The notes beneath the pieces are model-generated. The model saw only the letters and a program-made list of their open reading frames with translations, did not search any database and was not told the origin of the DNA. Made by a program: the position numbers and the translations under genes. This document shows, in pieces, positions 1-15,000 of a DNA stretch of 64,000 nucleotides; the first letter of the stretch is position 1; each line of letters begins with the position of its first letter. This stretch comes from Eledone cirrhosa (taxonomy: Eukaryota): the NCBI GenBank assembly GCA_964016885.1, contig OZ024742.1, positions 356,810,001 through 356,874,000 on the forward strand, given 5' to 3'.

Positions 1-3000
1 ATCCAACCCTCTACCAATACTGCCAATCCACCACCAATGGCGTCCAATCCTCTACCAATACTGCCAATCCAGCACCCATGGAGTCCAAACCCTCTACCAA
101 TACTGCCAATCCACCACACGTGGCATGCGACCCTCTACAATACTGCCAATCCAGCACCCATAATATCCAACCCTCTACCATTACTGCTAATCCACCACCC
201 ATGGCATCCGCCCCTATACTTATACTGCCAATGCAGCACCCATAGCATTCAATCCTCTACATATACTGCCAATCACCACCATGGCATCTGACCCTCTACC
301 TATACTGCCAATCCACCACACATGGCGTCCAACCCTCTACCACTACTGCCAATCGACACACATGGCGTCCAACCCTCTACTGCCAATCCACCACCCATGG
401 CGTCCAAGCCTCTACCAATACTGCCAATCCATCATCCATGGCATCCAACCCTCTAACAATACTGCCAATCCACCACACATAGCATCTAACCGTCTACCAA
501 CACTGCCAATCCACCACACATGGCATCTAACCCTCTACCAATACTGCCAATCCAAGACACATGGCATCTAACCCTCTACCAATACTGCCAATCCACCACC
601 CATGGCGTCCAAACCTCTACCAATACTGCCATTCAACCACCATGGCGTCCAACTCTCTACCAATACTGCCACTCCAGCACCCATGGCGTCCAAACCATCT
701 ACCAATACTGCCAATCAACCACACGTGGCATACGCCCCTCTACTTATACTGCCAATCCACCACACATGGCGTCCAAACCCTCTACCAATACTGCCAATCC
801 AGCACACGTGGCATCCAACTTTCTACAATACTGCCAATCCACCACACATGGCATCTAACCCTCTACCAAAACTGCCAATCCACGACCCATGGCGTCTAAC
901 CCTCTAACAATACTGCCAATCCAGCACCCATGGCGTCCAAACCCTCTACCAATACTGCCAATCCACCACACATGGCATCCAACCTTCTACAATACTGCCA
1001 ATCCACCACACATGGCATCTAACCCTCTACATATACTGCTAATCCACCACCCATGGCATCCAACCCTCTACCAATACTGCCAATCCACCACCCATGGCAT
1101 CCGACCCTCTACCTATACTTCCAATCCACCACCCATGGCGTTCAACCCTCAACCAATACTGCCAATCCAGCACCCATAGCATTCAATCCTCTACAAATAC
1201 TGCCAATCGAGCACCCATGGTATTCAATCCTCTACCAATACTGCCAATCCAGCACCCATGGCATTCAATCCTCTACCAATACTGCCAATCAACCACCGAT
1301 TGCATCCAACCCTCTAAGAATACTGCCAATCAACCACCCATGGCCTCCAACCCTCAACTAATACTGCCAATCAACCACCCATGGCATCCAACCCTCAACC
1401 AATACTGCCAATCCACCACCCATGGCATCCAACCCTCTACCAATACTGCCAATCCAGAACCCATGGCATTCAGTCCTCTACCAATACTGCCAATCGAGCA
1501 CCCATGGCATTCAATCCTCTACCAATACTGCCAATCCAGCACCCATGGCATCCAACCCTCTACCAATACTGCCTATCAACCACCTATGGCATCCAACCCT
1601 CAACCAATTTTGCCAATCCACCACACATGGCATTCAGTCCTCTACCAATACTGCCAATCCACCACCCATGACATCCAACCCTCTACCAATACTGCCAATC
1701 CACAACCCGTGGCATTCAATGCTCTACCAATACTGCCAATCCACCACCCATGGCGTCCAACCCTCTACCAATACTGCCAATCCACCACCCATGGCATCCA
1801 ACCCTCTAGCAATTCTGCAAATCCACCAACCATGGCGTCCACCCTTCTACCTATACTGCCAATCCACCACCAATGGCATCCAACCCTCTACCAATACTGC
1901 CAATCCACCACCAATGGCATCCAACCCTCTACTAATAATGCCAATCCACCACCCATGGCATCCGATCCCCTACCTATACTGCCAATCCACCACACATATC
2001 GTCCAACCCTCTACCACTACTACCAATCCCCCACACATGGCCTCCAAACCTCTACTCCCAATCCACCACCCATGGCGTCCAACCCTCTACCAATACTGCC
2101 AATCCATCACCCATGGCATACGACCCTCTACCTATACTTCCAATCCACCACCCATGGCATCCAACCCTCTACCTATACTGCCAATCCAGCATCCATGGCG
2201 TCCAACCCTCTACCAATACTGCCAATCCAGCACCCATAGCATTCAATCCTCTACCAATACCTCCAATCCAGCACCCATGGCATTCAATCCTAAACCAATA
2301 CTGCCAATCCAGCACCCATGGCGTCCAACCCTCTACTGCAAATCCACCACCCATGGCGTCCAGCCCTCTAACAATACTGCCAATCAACCACCCACGGCAT
2401 CTAACCCTCTACCAATACTGCCAATCAATCACTCATGGCATCCAACCCTCAACCAATACTGCCAATTCACGACCAATGCCATCCGCCCCTCTACCTATAC
2501 TGCCAATCCACAACCCATGGCGTCCAACCCTCTAACAATACTGCCAATCCACCACCCATGGCATCCAACGCCCTACCAATCCTGCAAATCCACCACCCAT
2601 GGCATCCGACCCTCTACCTATACTGCCAATCCAGAACCCATGGCGTCCACCCCTCTACTGCCAATCCGCCACCCATGGCGTCCAACCCTCTACCAATACT
2701 GCCAATCCACTAGCATGGCGTCCGACCCACTACCAATACTGCCAATCCACCACCGATGGCGTCCCACCCTCTACCAATACTGCCAATCCAGCACCCATAG
2801 CGTCCGACCCTCTACCAATACTGCCAATCAACCACCCATGGCATCCAACCCTCTAACAATTCTGCCAATCCACCACACATGGCATCTAACCGTCTACCAA
2901 TGCTGCCAATCCACCACACATGGCATCTAACCCACTACCAATACTGCCAATCCATCACCCATGGCATCTAACCCTCTACCAATACTGCCAATCCACCACC

Positions 3001-6000
3001 CATGACATCCGACCCTCTACGTATACTGCCAATCCACCACCATGGCGTCCGACCCTCTACCAATACTGACAATCCACAACCCGTGGCATTCAATGCTCTA
3101 CCAATACTGCCAATCCACCACCCATGGCGTCCAACCCTCTACCAATACTGCCAATCCACCACCCATGGCATCCAACCCTCTACCAATTCTGCAAATCCAC
3201 CAACCATGGCGTCCACCCTTCTACCTATACTGCCAATCCACCACCAATGGCATCCAACCCTCTACCAATACTGCCAATCCACCACCAATGGCATCCAACC
3301 CTTAACTAATAATGCCAATCCACCACCCATGGCATCCGATCCCCTACCTATACTGCCAATCCACCACACATATCGTCCAACCCTCTACCACTACTACCAA
3401 TCCCCCACACATGGCCTCCAACCCTCTACTGCCAATCCACCACCCATGGCGTCCAACCCTCTACCAATACTGCCAATCCACCACCCATGGCATACGACCC
3501 TCTACCTATACTTCCAATCCACCACCCATGGCATACAACCCTCTACCTATACTGCCAATCCAGCATCCATGGCGTCCAACCCTCTACCAATACTGCCAAT
3601 CCAGCACCCATAGCATTCAATCCTCTACCAATACCTCCAATCCAGCACCCATGGCATTCAATCCTAAATCATTACTGCCAATCCAGCACCCATGGCGTCC
3701 AACCCTCTACTGCAAATCCACCACCCATGGCGTCCAGCCCTCTACCAATACTGCCAATCAACCACCCACGGCATCTAACCCTCTACCAATACTGCCAATC
3801 AATCACTCATGGCATCCAACCCTCAACCAATACTGCCAATTCACGACCAATGCCATCCGCCCCTCTACCTATACTGCCAATCCACAACCCATGGCGTCCA
3901 ACCCTCTAACAATACTGCCAATCCACCACCCATGGCATCCAACGCCCTACCAATTCTGCAAATCGACCACCCATGGCATCCGACCCTCTACCTATACTGC
4001 CAATCCAGAACCCATGGCGTCCACCCCTCTACTGCCAATCCGCCACCCATGGCGTCCAACCCTCTACCAATACTGCCAATCCACTAGCATGGCGTCCGAC
4101 CCACTACCAATACTGCCAATCCACCACCGATGGCGTCCCACCCTCTACCAATACTGCCAATCCAGCACCCATAGCGTCCGACCCTCTACCAATACTGCCA
4201 ATCAACCACCCATGGCATCCAACCCTCTAACAATTCTGCCAATCCACCACACATGGCATCTAACCGTCTACCAATGCTGCCAATCCACCACACATGGCAT
4301 CTAACCCACTACCTATACTGCTAATCTACCACCCATGGCGTCCAACCCTCTTCCAATACTGCCAATCCAGCACCCATAGCATCCAACCCTCTACCTATAC
4401 TGCTAATCCACCACCCATGGCATCCGACCCTCTACCTATACTGCCAATCCACCATGCATGGCGTTCAACCCTCTACCTATACTGCAATGGAGCATCCATG
4501 GCGTCCAACCATATACCAATACTGTCAATCCAGCACCCATAGCATTCAATCCTCTACCAATACTGCCAATCGAGCACCCATGGCATTCAATCCTCTACCA
4601 ATACTGCCAATCCAGCACCCATGACATTCAATCCTCTACCAATACTGCCAATCCAGCACCCATGGCGTCCAACCCTCTACTGCCAATCCACCACCCATGG
4701 CCTCCAACCCTCTACCAATACTGCCAATCCACCACCCATGGCATCCAACCCACTAACAATACTGCCAATCCACCACACATGGCATCTAACCGTCTACCAA
4801 TACTGCCAATCCACCACACATGGCATCTAACCCTCTAACAATACTGCCAATCCACCACCCATGGCATCCAACCCTCTACCAATACTGCCAATCCAGCACT
4901 CATGGCGTCTGACACTCTACCAATACATACAATCCACCACCCATGGCATCCGACCCTCTACCAATACTGCCAATCCAGCACCCATGGCGTCCGACCATCT
5001 ACCAATACTGCCAATCAACCACCCATGGCGTACAACCCTCTACCAATACTGCCAATCCACCACCCATGGCGTACAACCCTCTACCAATACTGCCAATCCA
5101 CCACCCATGGCGTACAACCCTCTACAAATCCTGCCAATCCACATCCCATGGCGTCCAACCCTCTACCAATACTGCCAATCCACCACCCAAGCCATCTAAA
5201 TCTCTACCAATACTGCCAATACACCACATATGGCATCCAACCCTCTACCATAACTGCCAATCCAGCACCCGTGGCATCCGCCCCTACACTTATACTGCCA
5301 ATCCACCACCCATGGCATCCAACCCTCTACCAATACTGCCAATCCTGCACCCATGGCGTCCAACCCTCTACCAATACTGCCAATCCAGCACCCATGGCGT
5401 CCAAACCCTCTACCAATACTGCCAATCCACCACACGTGGCATGCGACCCCCTACAATACTGCCAATCCAGCACCCATAACATCCAACCCTCTACCTATAC
5501 TGCTAATCCACCACCCATGGCATCCGCCCCTATACTTATACTGCCAATCCAGCACCCATAGCATTCAATCATCTACCAATACTGCCAATCGAGCACCCAT
5601 GGCATTCAATCCTCTACCAATACTGCCAATCCAGCACCCATGGCATTCAATCATCTACCAATACTGCCAATCCAGCACCCATGACGTCCAACCCTCTACT
5701 GCCAATCCACCACCCATGGCGTCCAACCCTCTACCAATACTGACAATCCACTCCCATGGCATCCAGCCCTCTACCAATACTGCCAATCCATCACCCATGG
5801 CATCCGACCCTCTACAATTACTGCCAATTCACCTCCCATGGAATTCAATCCTCTAGTAATACTGCCAATCCATCACACATGGTACCTAACCATCTACCAA
5901 TACTGCCAATCCACCACACATGGCATCTAACCCTCTACCAATACTGCCAATCCACCACCATGGCGTCCAACGCTCTACCAATACAGCCAATCCAGCACCC

Positions 6001-9000
6001 ATGGCGTCCAAACCCTCTACCAATACTGCCAATCCACCACACATGGCGTCCGACCCTCTACCAATACTGCCAATCCACCACACATGGCATCCAACCCTCT
6101 ACCAATAATGCCAATCCACCACCCATGGCGTCCAGCCCTCTACCAATACTGACAATCCAGCACCCATAGCATTCAATCCTCTACCAATACTGCCGATCGA
6201 GCACGCATGGCATTCAATCCTCTACCAATACTGCCAATCCAGCACCCATGGCATTCAAACCTCTACCAACACTGACAATCCAGCACCCATGGCGTCCAAC
6301 CCTCTACTGCCAATCCACCACCCATGGCGTCCAACCCTCTACCAATACTGCCAATCCACCACCCATGGCATCCAACCCTCTACCAATACTGCCAATCCAC
6401 CACCCATGGCATCCAACCTTCTACCAATACTGCCAATCCACCACCAATGGCATCCGACCCACTACCTATACTGACAATCCAGTACCTATGGCGTCCAACC
6501 CTCTACCAATACTGCCAATCCACCACCCATGGCATCCAACCCACTAACAATACTGCCAATCCACCACACATGGCATCTAACCGTCTACCAATACTGCCAA
6601 TCCACCACACATGGCATCTAACCCTCTAACAATACTGCCAATCCACCACCCATGGCATCCAACCCTCTACCAATACTGCCAATCCAGCACTCATGGCGTC
6701 TGACACTCTACCAATACATACAATCCACTACCCATGGCATCCGACCCTCTACCAATACTGCCAATCCAGCACCCATGGCGTCCGACCATCTACCAATACT
6801 GCCAATCAACCACCCATGGCGTACAACCCTCTACCAATACTGCCAATCCACCACCCATGGCGTACAACCCTCTACCAATACTGCCAATCCACCACCCATG
6901 GCGTACAACCCTCTACAAATCCTGCCAATCCAGCACCCATGACGTCCAACCCTCTACTGCCAATCCACCACCCATGGCGTCCAACCCTCTACCAATACTG
7001 ACAATCCACTCCCATGGCATCCAGCCCTCTACCAATACTGCCAATCCATCACCCATGGCATCCGACCCTCTACAATTACTGCCAATTCACCTCCCATGGA
7101 ATTCAATCCTCTAGTAATACTGCCAATCCATCACACATGGTACCTAACCATCTACCAATACTGCCAATCCACCACACATGGCATCTAACCCTCTACCAAT
7201 ACTGCCAATCCACCACCATGGCGTCCAACGCTCTACCAATACAGCCAATCCAGCACCCATGGCGTCCAAACCCTCTACCAATACTGCCAATCCACCACAC
7301 ATGGCGTCCGACCCTCTACCAATACTGCCAATCCACCACACATGGCATCCAACCCTCTACCAATAATGCCAATCCACCACCCATGGCGTCCAGCCCTCTA
7401 CCAATACTGACAATCCAGCACCCATAGCATTCAATCCTCTACCAATACTGCCGATCGAGCACGCATGGCATTCAATCCTCTACCAATACTGCCAATCCAG
7501 CACCCATGGCATTCAAACCTCTACCAACACTGACAATCCAGCACCCATGGCGTCCAACCCTCTACTGCCAATCCACCACCCATGGCGTCCAACCCTCTAC
7601 CAATACTGCCAATCCACCACCCATGGCATCCAACCCTCTACCAATACTGCCAATCCACCACCCATGGCATCCAACCTTCTACCAATACTGCCAATCCACC
7701 ACCAATGGCATCCGACCCACTACCTATACTGACAATCCAGTACCTATGGCGTCCAACCCTCTACCGATACTGCCAATTCTCCACCCATGGCATCCAACCC
7801 TCTACAAATACTGAAAATCAACCACCCATGCCATCCAACGCTCTACCAACACAGCCAATCAACTACCCATGGCGTCCAACCCTCTACCAATATTGCCAAT
7901 CCAACCCCATGGCGTCCGACCCTCTACCAATACTGCCAATCCACCACCCATGGCATCCAACCCACTAACAATACTGCCAATCCACCACACATGGCATCTA
8001 ACCGTCTACCAATACTGCCAATCAACCACACATGGCATCTAACCCTCTACCAATACTGACAATCCACCACCAATGGCGTCCAACCCTCTACCGATATTGC
8101 CAATCCACCACCCATGGCGTCTAACCCTCTACCAATACTGCCAATCCACCACCCATGGCGTCTGACCCTCTACCAATACATACATTCCACCACACATGGC
8201 ATCCGACCCTCTACCAATACTGCCGATCCAGCACCGATGGCATCCAACCCTCTACCAATACTGCCAATCCAGCACCCATGGCATCCAACCCTCTACCAAT
8301 ACTGCCAATCCAGCACCCATGGCGTCCGACCATCTACCAATACTGCCAATCCAGCACCCATAACATCCAACCCACTACCAATACTGCCAATCCAACACCC
8401 ATGACGTCCAACCCTCTACTGCGAATCCACCACCCATGGCGTCCGACCCTCTACCAATAATGCCAATCCACCACCCATGGCGTCCAAACCTCTACCAACT
8501 CTGCCAATCCACCACCCATGGCATTCAATCCTCTACCATTACTGCAATCCACCACCCATGGCATCCAACCCACTAACAATACTGCCAATCCACCTCACAT
8601 GGCATCTAACCGTCTACCAATACTGCGAATCCACCACACATGGCATCTAACCCCCTTCCAAAACTGCCAATCCACCACACGTGGCGTCCAAACCCTCTAC
8701 CAATAGTGCCAATCCAGCACCCGTGGCATCCGCCCCTCTACCAATACTGCCAATCCACCACCAATGGCGTCCAATCCTCTACCAATACTGCCAATCCAGC
8801 ACCCATGGCGTCCAAACCCTCTACCAATACTGCCAATCCACCACACGTGGCATGCGACCCTCTACAATACTGCCAATCCAGCACCCATAACATCCAACCC
8901 TCTACCATTACTGCTAATCCACCACCCATGGCATCCGCCCCTATACTTATACTGCCAATGCAGCACCCATAGCATTCAATCCTCTACATATACTGCCAAT

Positions 9001-12000
9001 TCACCACCATGGCATCCGACCCTCTACCTATACTGCCAATCCACCACACATGGCGTCCAACCCTCTACCACTACTGCCAATCGACACCCATGGCGTCCAA
9101 CCCTCTACTGCCAATCCACCACCCATGGCGTCCAAGCCTCTACCAATACTGCCAATCCATCATCCATGGCATCCAACCCTCTAACAATACTGCCAATCCA
9201 CCACACATAGCATCTAACCGTCTACCAACACTGCCAATCCACCACACATGGCATCTAACCCTCTACCAATACTGCCAATCCAAGACACATGGCATCTAAC
9301 CCTCTACCAATACTGCCAATCCACCACCCATGGCGTCCAAACCTCTACCAATACTGCCATTCAACCACCATGGCGTCCAACCCTCTACCAATACTGCCAC
9401 TCCAGCAACCATGGCGTCCAAACCATCTACCAATACTGCCAATCAACCACACGTGGCATACGCCCCTCTACTTATACTGCCAATCCACCACACATGGCGT
9501 CCAAACCCTCTACCAATACTGCCAATCCAGCACACGTGGCATCCAACTTTCTACAATACTGCCAATCCACCACACATGGCATCTAACCCTCTACCAATAC
9601 TGCCAATCCACGACCCATGGCGTCTAACCCTCTAACAATACTGCCAATCCAGCACCCATGGCGTCCAAACCCTCTACCAATACTGCCAATCCACCACACA
9701 TGGCATCCAACCTTCTACAATACTGCCAATCCACCACACATGGCATCTAACCCTCTACATATACTGCTAATCCACCACCCATGGCATCCAACCCTCTACC
9801 AATACTGCCAATCCACCACCCATGGCATCCGACCCTCTACCTATACTTCCAATCCACCACCCATGGCGTTCAACCCTCAACCAATACTGCCAATCCAGCA
9901 CCCATAGCATTCAATCCTCTACAAATACTGCCAATCGAGCACCCATGGTATTCAATCCTCTACCAATACTGCCAATCCAGCACCCATGGCATTCAATCCT
10001 CTACCAATACTGCCAATCAACCACCGATTGCATCCAACCCTCTAAGAATACTGCCAATCAACCACCCATGGCCTCCAACCCTCAACTAATACTGCCAATC
10101 AACCACCCATGGCCTCCAACCCTCAACTAATACTGCCGATCAACCACCCATGGCATCCAACCCTCTACCAATACTGCCAATCCAGAACCCATGGCATTCA
10201 GTCCTCTACCAATACTGCCAATCGAGCACCCATGGCATTCAATCCTCTACCAATACTGCCAATCCAGCACCCATGGCATCCAACCCTCTACCAATACTGC
10301 CTATCAACCACCCATGGCATCCAACCCTCAACCAATTTTGCCAAGCCACCACACATGGCATTCAGTCCTCTACCAATACTGCCAATCCACCACCCATGGC
10401 ATCCAACCCTCTACCAATACTGCCAATCCACAACCCGTGGCATTCAATGCTCTACCAATACTGCCAATCCACCACCCATGGCGTCCAACCCTCTACCAAT
10501 ACTGCCAATCCACCACCCATGGCATCCAACCCTCTACCAATTCTGCAAATCCACCAACCATGGCGTCCAACCTTCTACCTATACTGCCAATCCACCACCA
10601 ATGGCATCCAACCCTCTACCAATACTGCCAATCCACCACCAATGGCATCCAACCCTCTACTAATAATGCCAATCCACCACCCATGGCATCCGATCCCCTA
10701 CCTATACTGCCAATCCACCACACATATCGTCCAACCCTCTACCACTACTACCAATCCCCCACACATGGCCTCCAAACCTCTACTGCCAATCCACCATCCA
10801 TGGCGTCCAACCCTCTACCAATACTGCCAATCCATCACCCATGGCATACGACCCTCTACCTATACTTCCAATCCACCACCCATGGCATCCAACCCTCTAC
10901 CTATACTGCCAATCCAGCATCCATGGCGTCCAACCCTCTACCAATACTGCCAATCCAGCACCCATAGCATTCAATCCTCTACCAATACCTCCAATCCAGC
11001 ACCCATAGCATTCAATCCTAAACCAATACTGCCAATCCAGCACCCATGGCGTCCAACCCTCTACTGCAAATCCACCACCCATGGCGTCCAGCCCTCTAAC
11101 AATACTGCCAATCAACCACCCACGGCATCTAACCCTCTACCAATACTGCCAATCAATCACTCATGGCATCCAACCCTCAACCAATACTGCCAATTCACGA
11201 CCAATGCCATCCGCCCCTCTACCTATACTGCAAATCCACAACCCATGGCGTCCAACCCTCTAACAATACTGCCAATCCACCACCCATGGCATCCAACGCC
11301 CTACCAATCCTGCAAATGCACCACCCATGGCATCCGACCCTCTACCTATACTGCCAATCCAGAACCCATGGCGTCCACCCCTCTACTGCCAATCCGCCAC
11401 CCATGGCGTCCAACCCTCTACCAATACTGCCAATCCACTAGCATGGCGTCCGACCCACTACCAATACTGCCAATCCACCACCGATGGCGTCCCACCCTCT
11501 ACCAATACTGCCAATCCAGCACCCATAGCGTCCGACCCTCTACCAATACTGCCAATCAACCACCCATGGCATCCAACCCTCTAACAATTCTGCCAATCCA
11601 CCACACATGGCATCTAACCGTCTACCAATGCTGCCAATCCACCACACATGGCATCTAACCCATTACCAATACTGCCAATCCATCACCCATGGCATCTAAC
11701 CCTCTACCAATACTGCCAGTCCACCATCCATGACATCCGACCCTCTACGTATACTGCCAATCCACCACCATGGCGTCCGACCCTCTACCAATACTGACAA
11801 TCCACAACCCGTGGCATTCAATGCTCTACCAATACTGCCAATCCACCACCCATGGCGTCCAACCCTCTACCAATACTGCCAATCCACCACCCATGGCATC
11901 CAACCCTCTACCAATTCTGCAAATCCACCAACCATGGCGTCCACCCTTCTACCTATACTGCCAATCCACCACCAATGGCATCCAACCCTCTACCAATACT

Positions 12001-15000
12001 GCCAATCCAACACCAATGGCATCCAACCCTTAACTAATAATGCCAATCCACCACCCATGGCATCCGATCCCCTACCTATACTGCCAATCCACCACACATA
12101 TCGTCCAACCCTCTACCACTACTACCAATCCCCCACACATGGCCTCCAACCCTCTACTGCCAATCCACCACCCATGGCGTCCAACCCTCTACCAATACTG
12201 CCAATCCACCACCCATGGCATACGACCCTCTACCTATACTTCCAATCCACCACCCATGGCATACAACCCTCTACCTATACTGCCAATCCACCACCGATGG
12301 CGTCCCACCCTCTACCAATACTGCCAATCCAGCACCCATAGCGTCCGACCCTCTACCAATAATGCCAATCAACCACCCATGGCATCCAACCCTCTAACAA
12401 TTCTGCCAATCCACCACACATGGCATCTAACCGTCTACCAATGCTGCCAATCCACCACACATGGCATCTAACCCACTACCAATACTGCCAATCCATCACC
12501 CATGGTATCTAACCCTCTACCAATACTGCCAATCCACCACCCATGACATCCGACCCACTACGTATACTGCCAATCCACCACCATGGCGTCCGACCCTCTA
12601 CCAATAATGACAATCCACCACCCTTGGCATCCAGCCCTCTACCAATACTGACAATCCACCACCATGGCGTCAAACCCTCTACCAATACTGCCAATCCAGC
12701 ACCCATTGCATCCAGCCCTCTACAATACTGCCAATCCACCTCCCATGGCATCCGACGTTCTACCTATACTTCCAATCTACCACCCATGGTGTTCAACCCT
12801 CTACCTATACTGCCAATCCAGCATCCATGGCGTACATCCCTCTACCAATACTGCCAATCAACCACCCATGGCATCCAACCCTCTCCCATTTCTGCCAATT
12901 CACCACCGTGGCATCCGACCCTCTACCTATACTGCCAATCCACCACACATGGCGTCCAACCCTCTAACACTACTGCCAATCGACACCCATGTCGTCCAAC
13001 CCTCTACTGCCAATCCACCACCCATGGCGTCCAACCCTCTACTGCCAATCCACCATCCATGGCGTCCAACCCTCTACCAATACTGCCAATCCAGCACCCA
13101 TAGCATTCAATCCTCTACCAATACTGCCAATCCAGCACCCATGGCATTCAATCCTAAACCAATACTGCCAATCCAGCATCCATGGCGTCCAACCTTCTAC
13201 TGGCAATCCACCACCCATGGCGTCCAGCCCTCTAACAATACTGCCAATCCACCACCCATGGCATCCAACCCTCTACCATTACTGCTAATCAACCACCCAC
13301 GGCATCTAACCCTCTACCAATACTGCCAATCAATCACCCATGGCATCCAACCCTCAACCAATACTGCCAATTCACGACCCATGCCATCCGCCCATCTACC
13401 TCTACTGCCAATCCACAACCCATGGCGTCCAACCCTCTAACAATACTGCCAATCCACCACCCATGGCATCCAACACCCTACCAATTCTGCAAATCCAACA
13501 CCCATGCCGTCCAACCCTCTACCTATACTGCCAATCCAGCATCAATGGCATCCAACCCCCTATCAATACTGCCAATCCACCACCCATGGCATCCGACCCA
13601 CTACCTATACTGCCAATCCAGAACCCATGGCGTCCACCCCTCTACTGCCAATCCACCACCCATGGCGTGCAACCCTCTACCAATACTGCCAATCCACTAG
13701 CATAGCGTCCGACCCACTACCAATACTGCCAATCCACCACCGATGGCGTCCCACCCTCTACCAATACTGCCAATCCAGCACCCATAGCGTCCGACCCTCT
13801 ACCTCTACTGCCAATCTACAACCCATGGCGTCCAACCCTCTAACAATACTGCCAATCCACCACCCATGGCATCCAACGCCCTACCAATTCTGCTAATCCA
13901 CCACCCATGCCGTCCAACCCTCTACCTATACTGCCAATCCAGAACCCATGGCGTCCACCCCTCTACTGCCAATCCACAACCCATGGCATCCAACCCTCTA
14001 CCAATACTGCCAATCCAGCACCCATAGCGTCCGACCCTCTACCAATACTGCCAATCCACCACACATGGCATCTAACCGTCTACCAATACTGCCAATCCAC
14101 CACACATGGCATCTAACCCACTACCAATACTGCCAATCCACCACCCGTGGCATCCGACCCTCTACCTTTACTGCCAATCCACCACCATGGCGTCCGACCC
14201 TCTACCAATACTGACAATCCACCACCCATGGCATCCAGCCCTCTACCAATACTGCAAATCCAACACCATGGCGTCCAACCCTCTACCAATAATGCCAATC
14301 CAGCACCCATGGCATCCATCCTTCTACCAAAACTGCCAATCCACCTCCCATGGCATCCGACGTTCTACCTATACTTCCAATCCACCACCCATGGTGTTCA
14401 ACCCTCTACCTATACTGCCAATCCAGCATCCATGGCGTCCAACCCTCTACCAATACTGCAATCCAGCACCCATAGCATTCAATCCTCTACCAATACTGCC
14501 AATCGAGCACCCATGGCATTCAATCCTCTACCAATACTGCCAATCCAGCACCCATGGCATCCAACCCTCTACCAATACTGCCAATCCATCGCCCATGGCA
14601 TCCAACCATCTACCAATACTGCCAATCAACCACCCATGGCATGCAACCCTCTCCCATTTCTGCCAATCCACCACCCATGGCATCCGACCCTCTAACTATA
14701 CTGCCAATGCACCACACATGGCGTCCAACCGTCTACCACGACTGCCAATCGACACCCATGTCGTCCAACCCTCTACTTCCAATCCACCACCCATGGCGTC
14801 CAACCCTCTACCAATAATGCCAATCCACCACCCATGGCATTCAATCCTCTACCAATACTGCCAATCTACCACCCATGGCATCCAACCCTCTAACAATTCT
14901 GCCAATCTACCACCCATGGCATCCAATCCTCTAACAATTCTGCCAATCCACCACACATGGCATCTAACCATCTACCAATACTGCCAATCCACCACACATG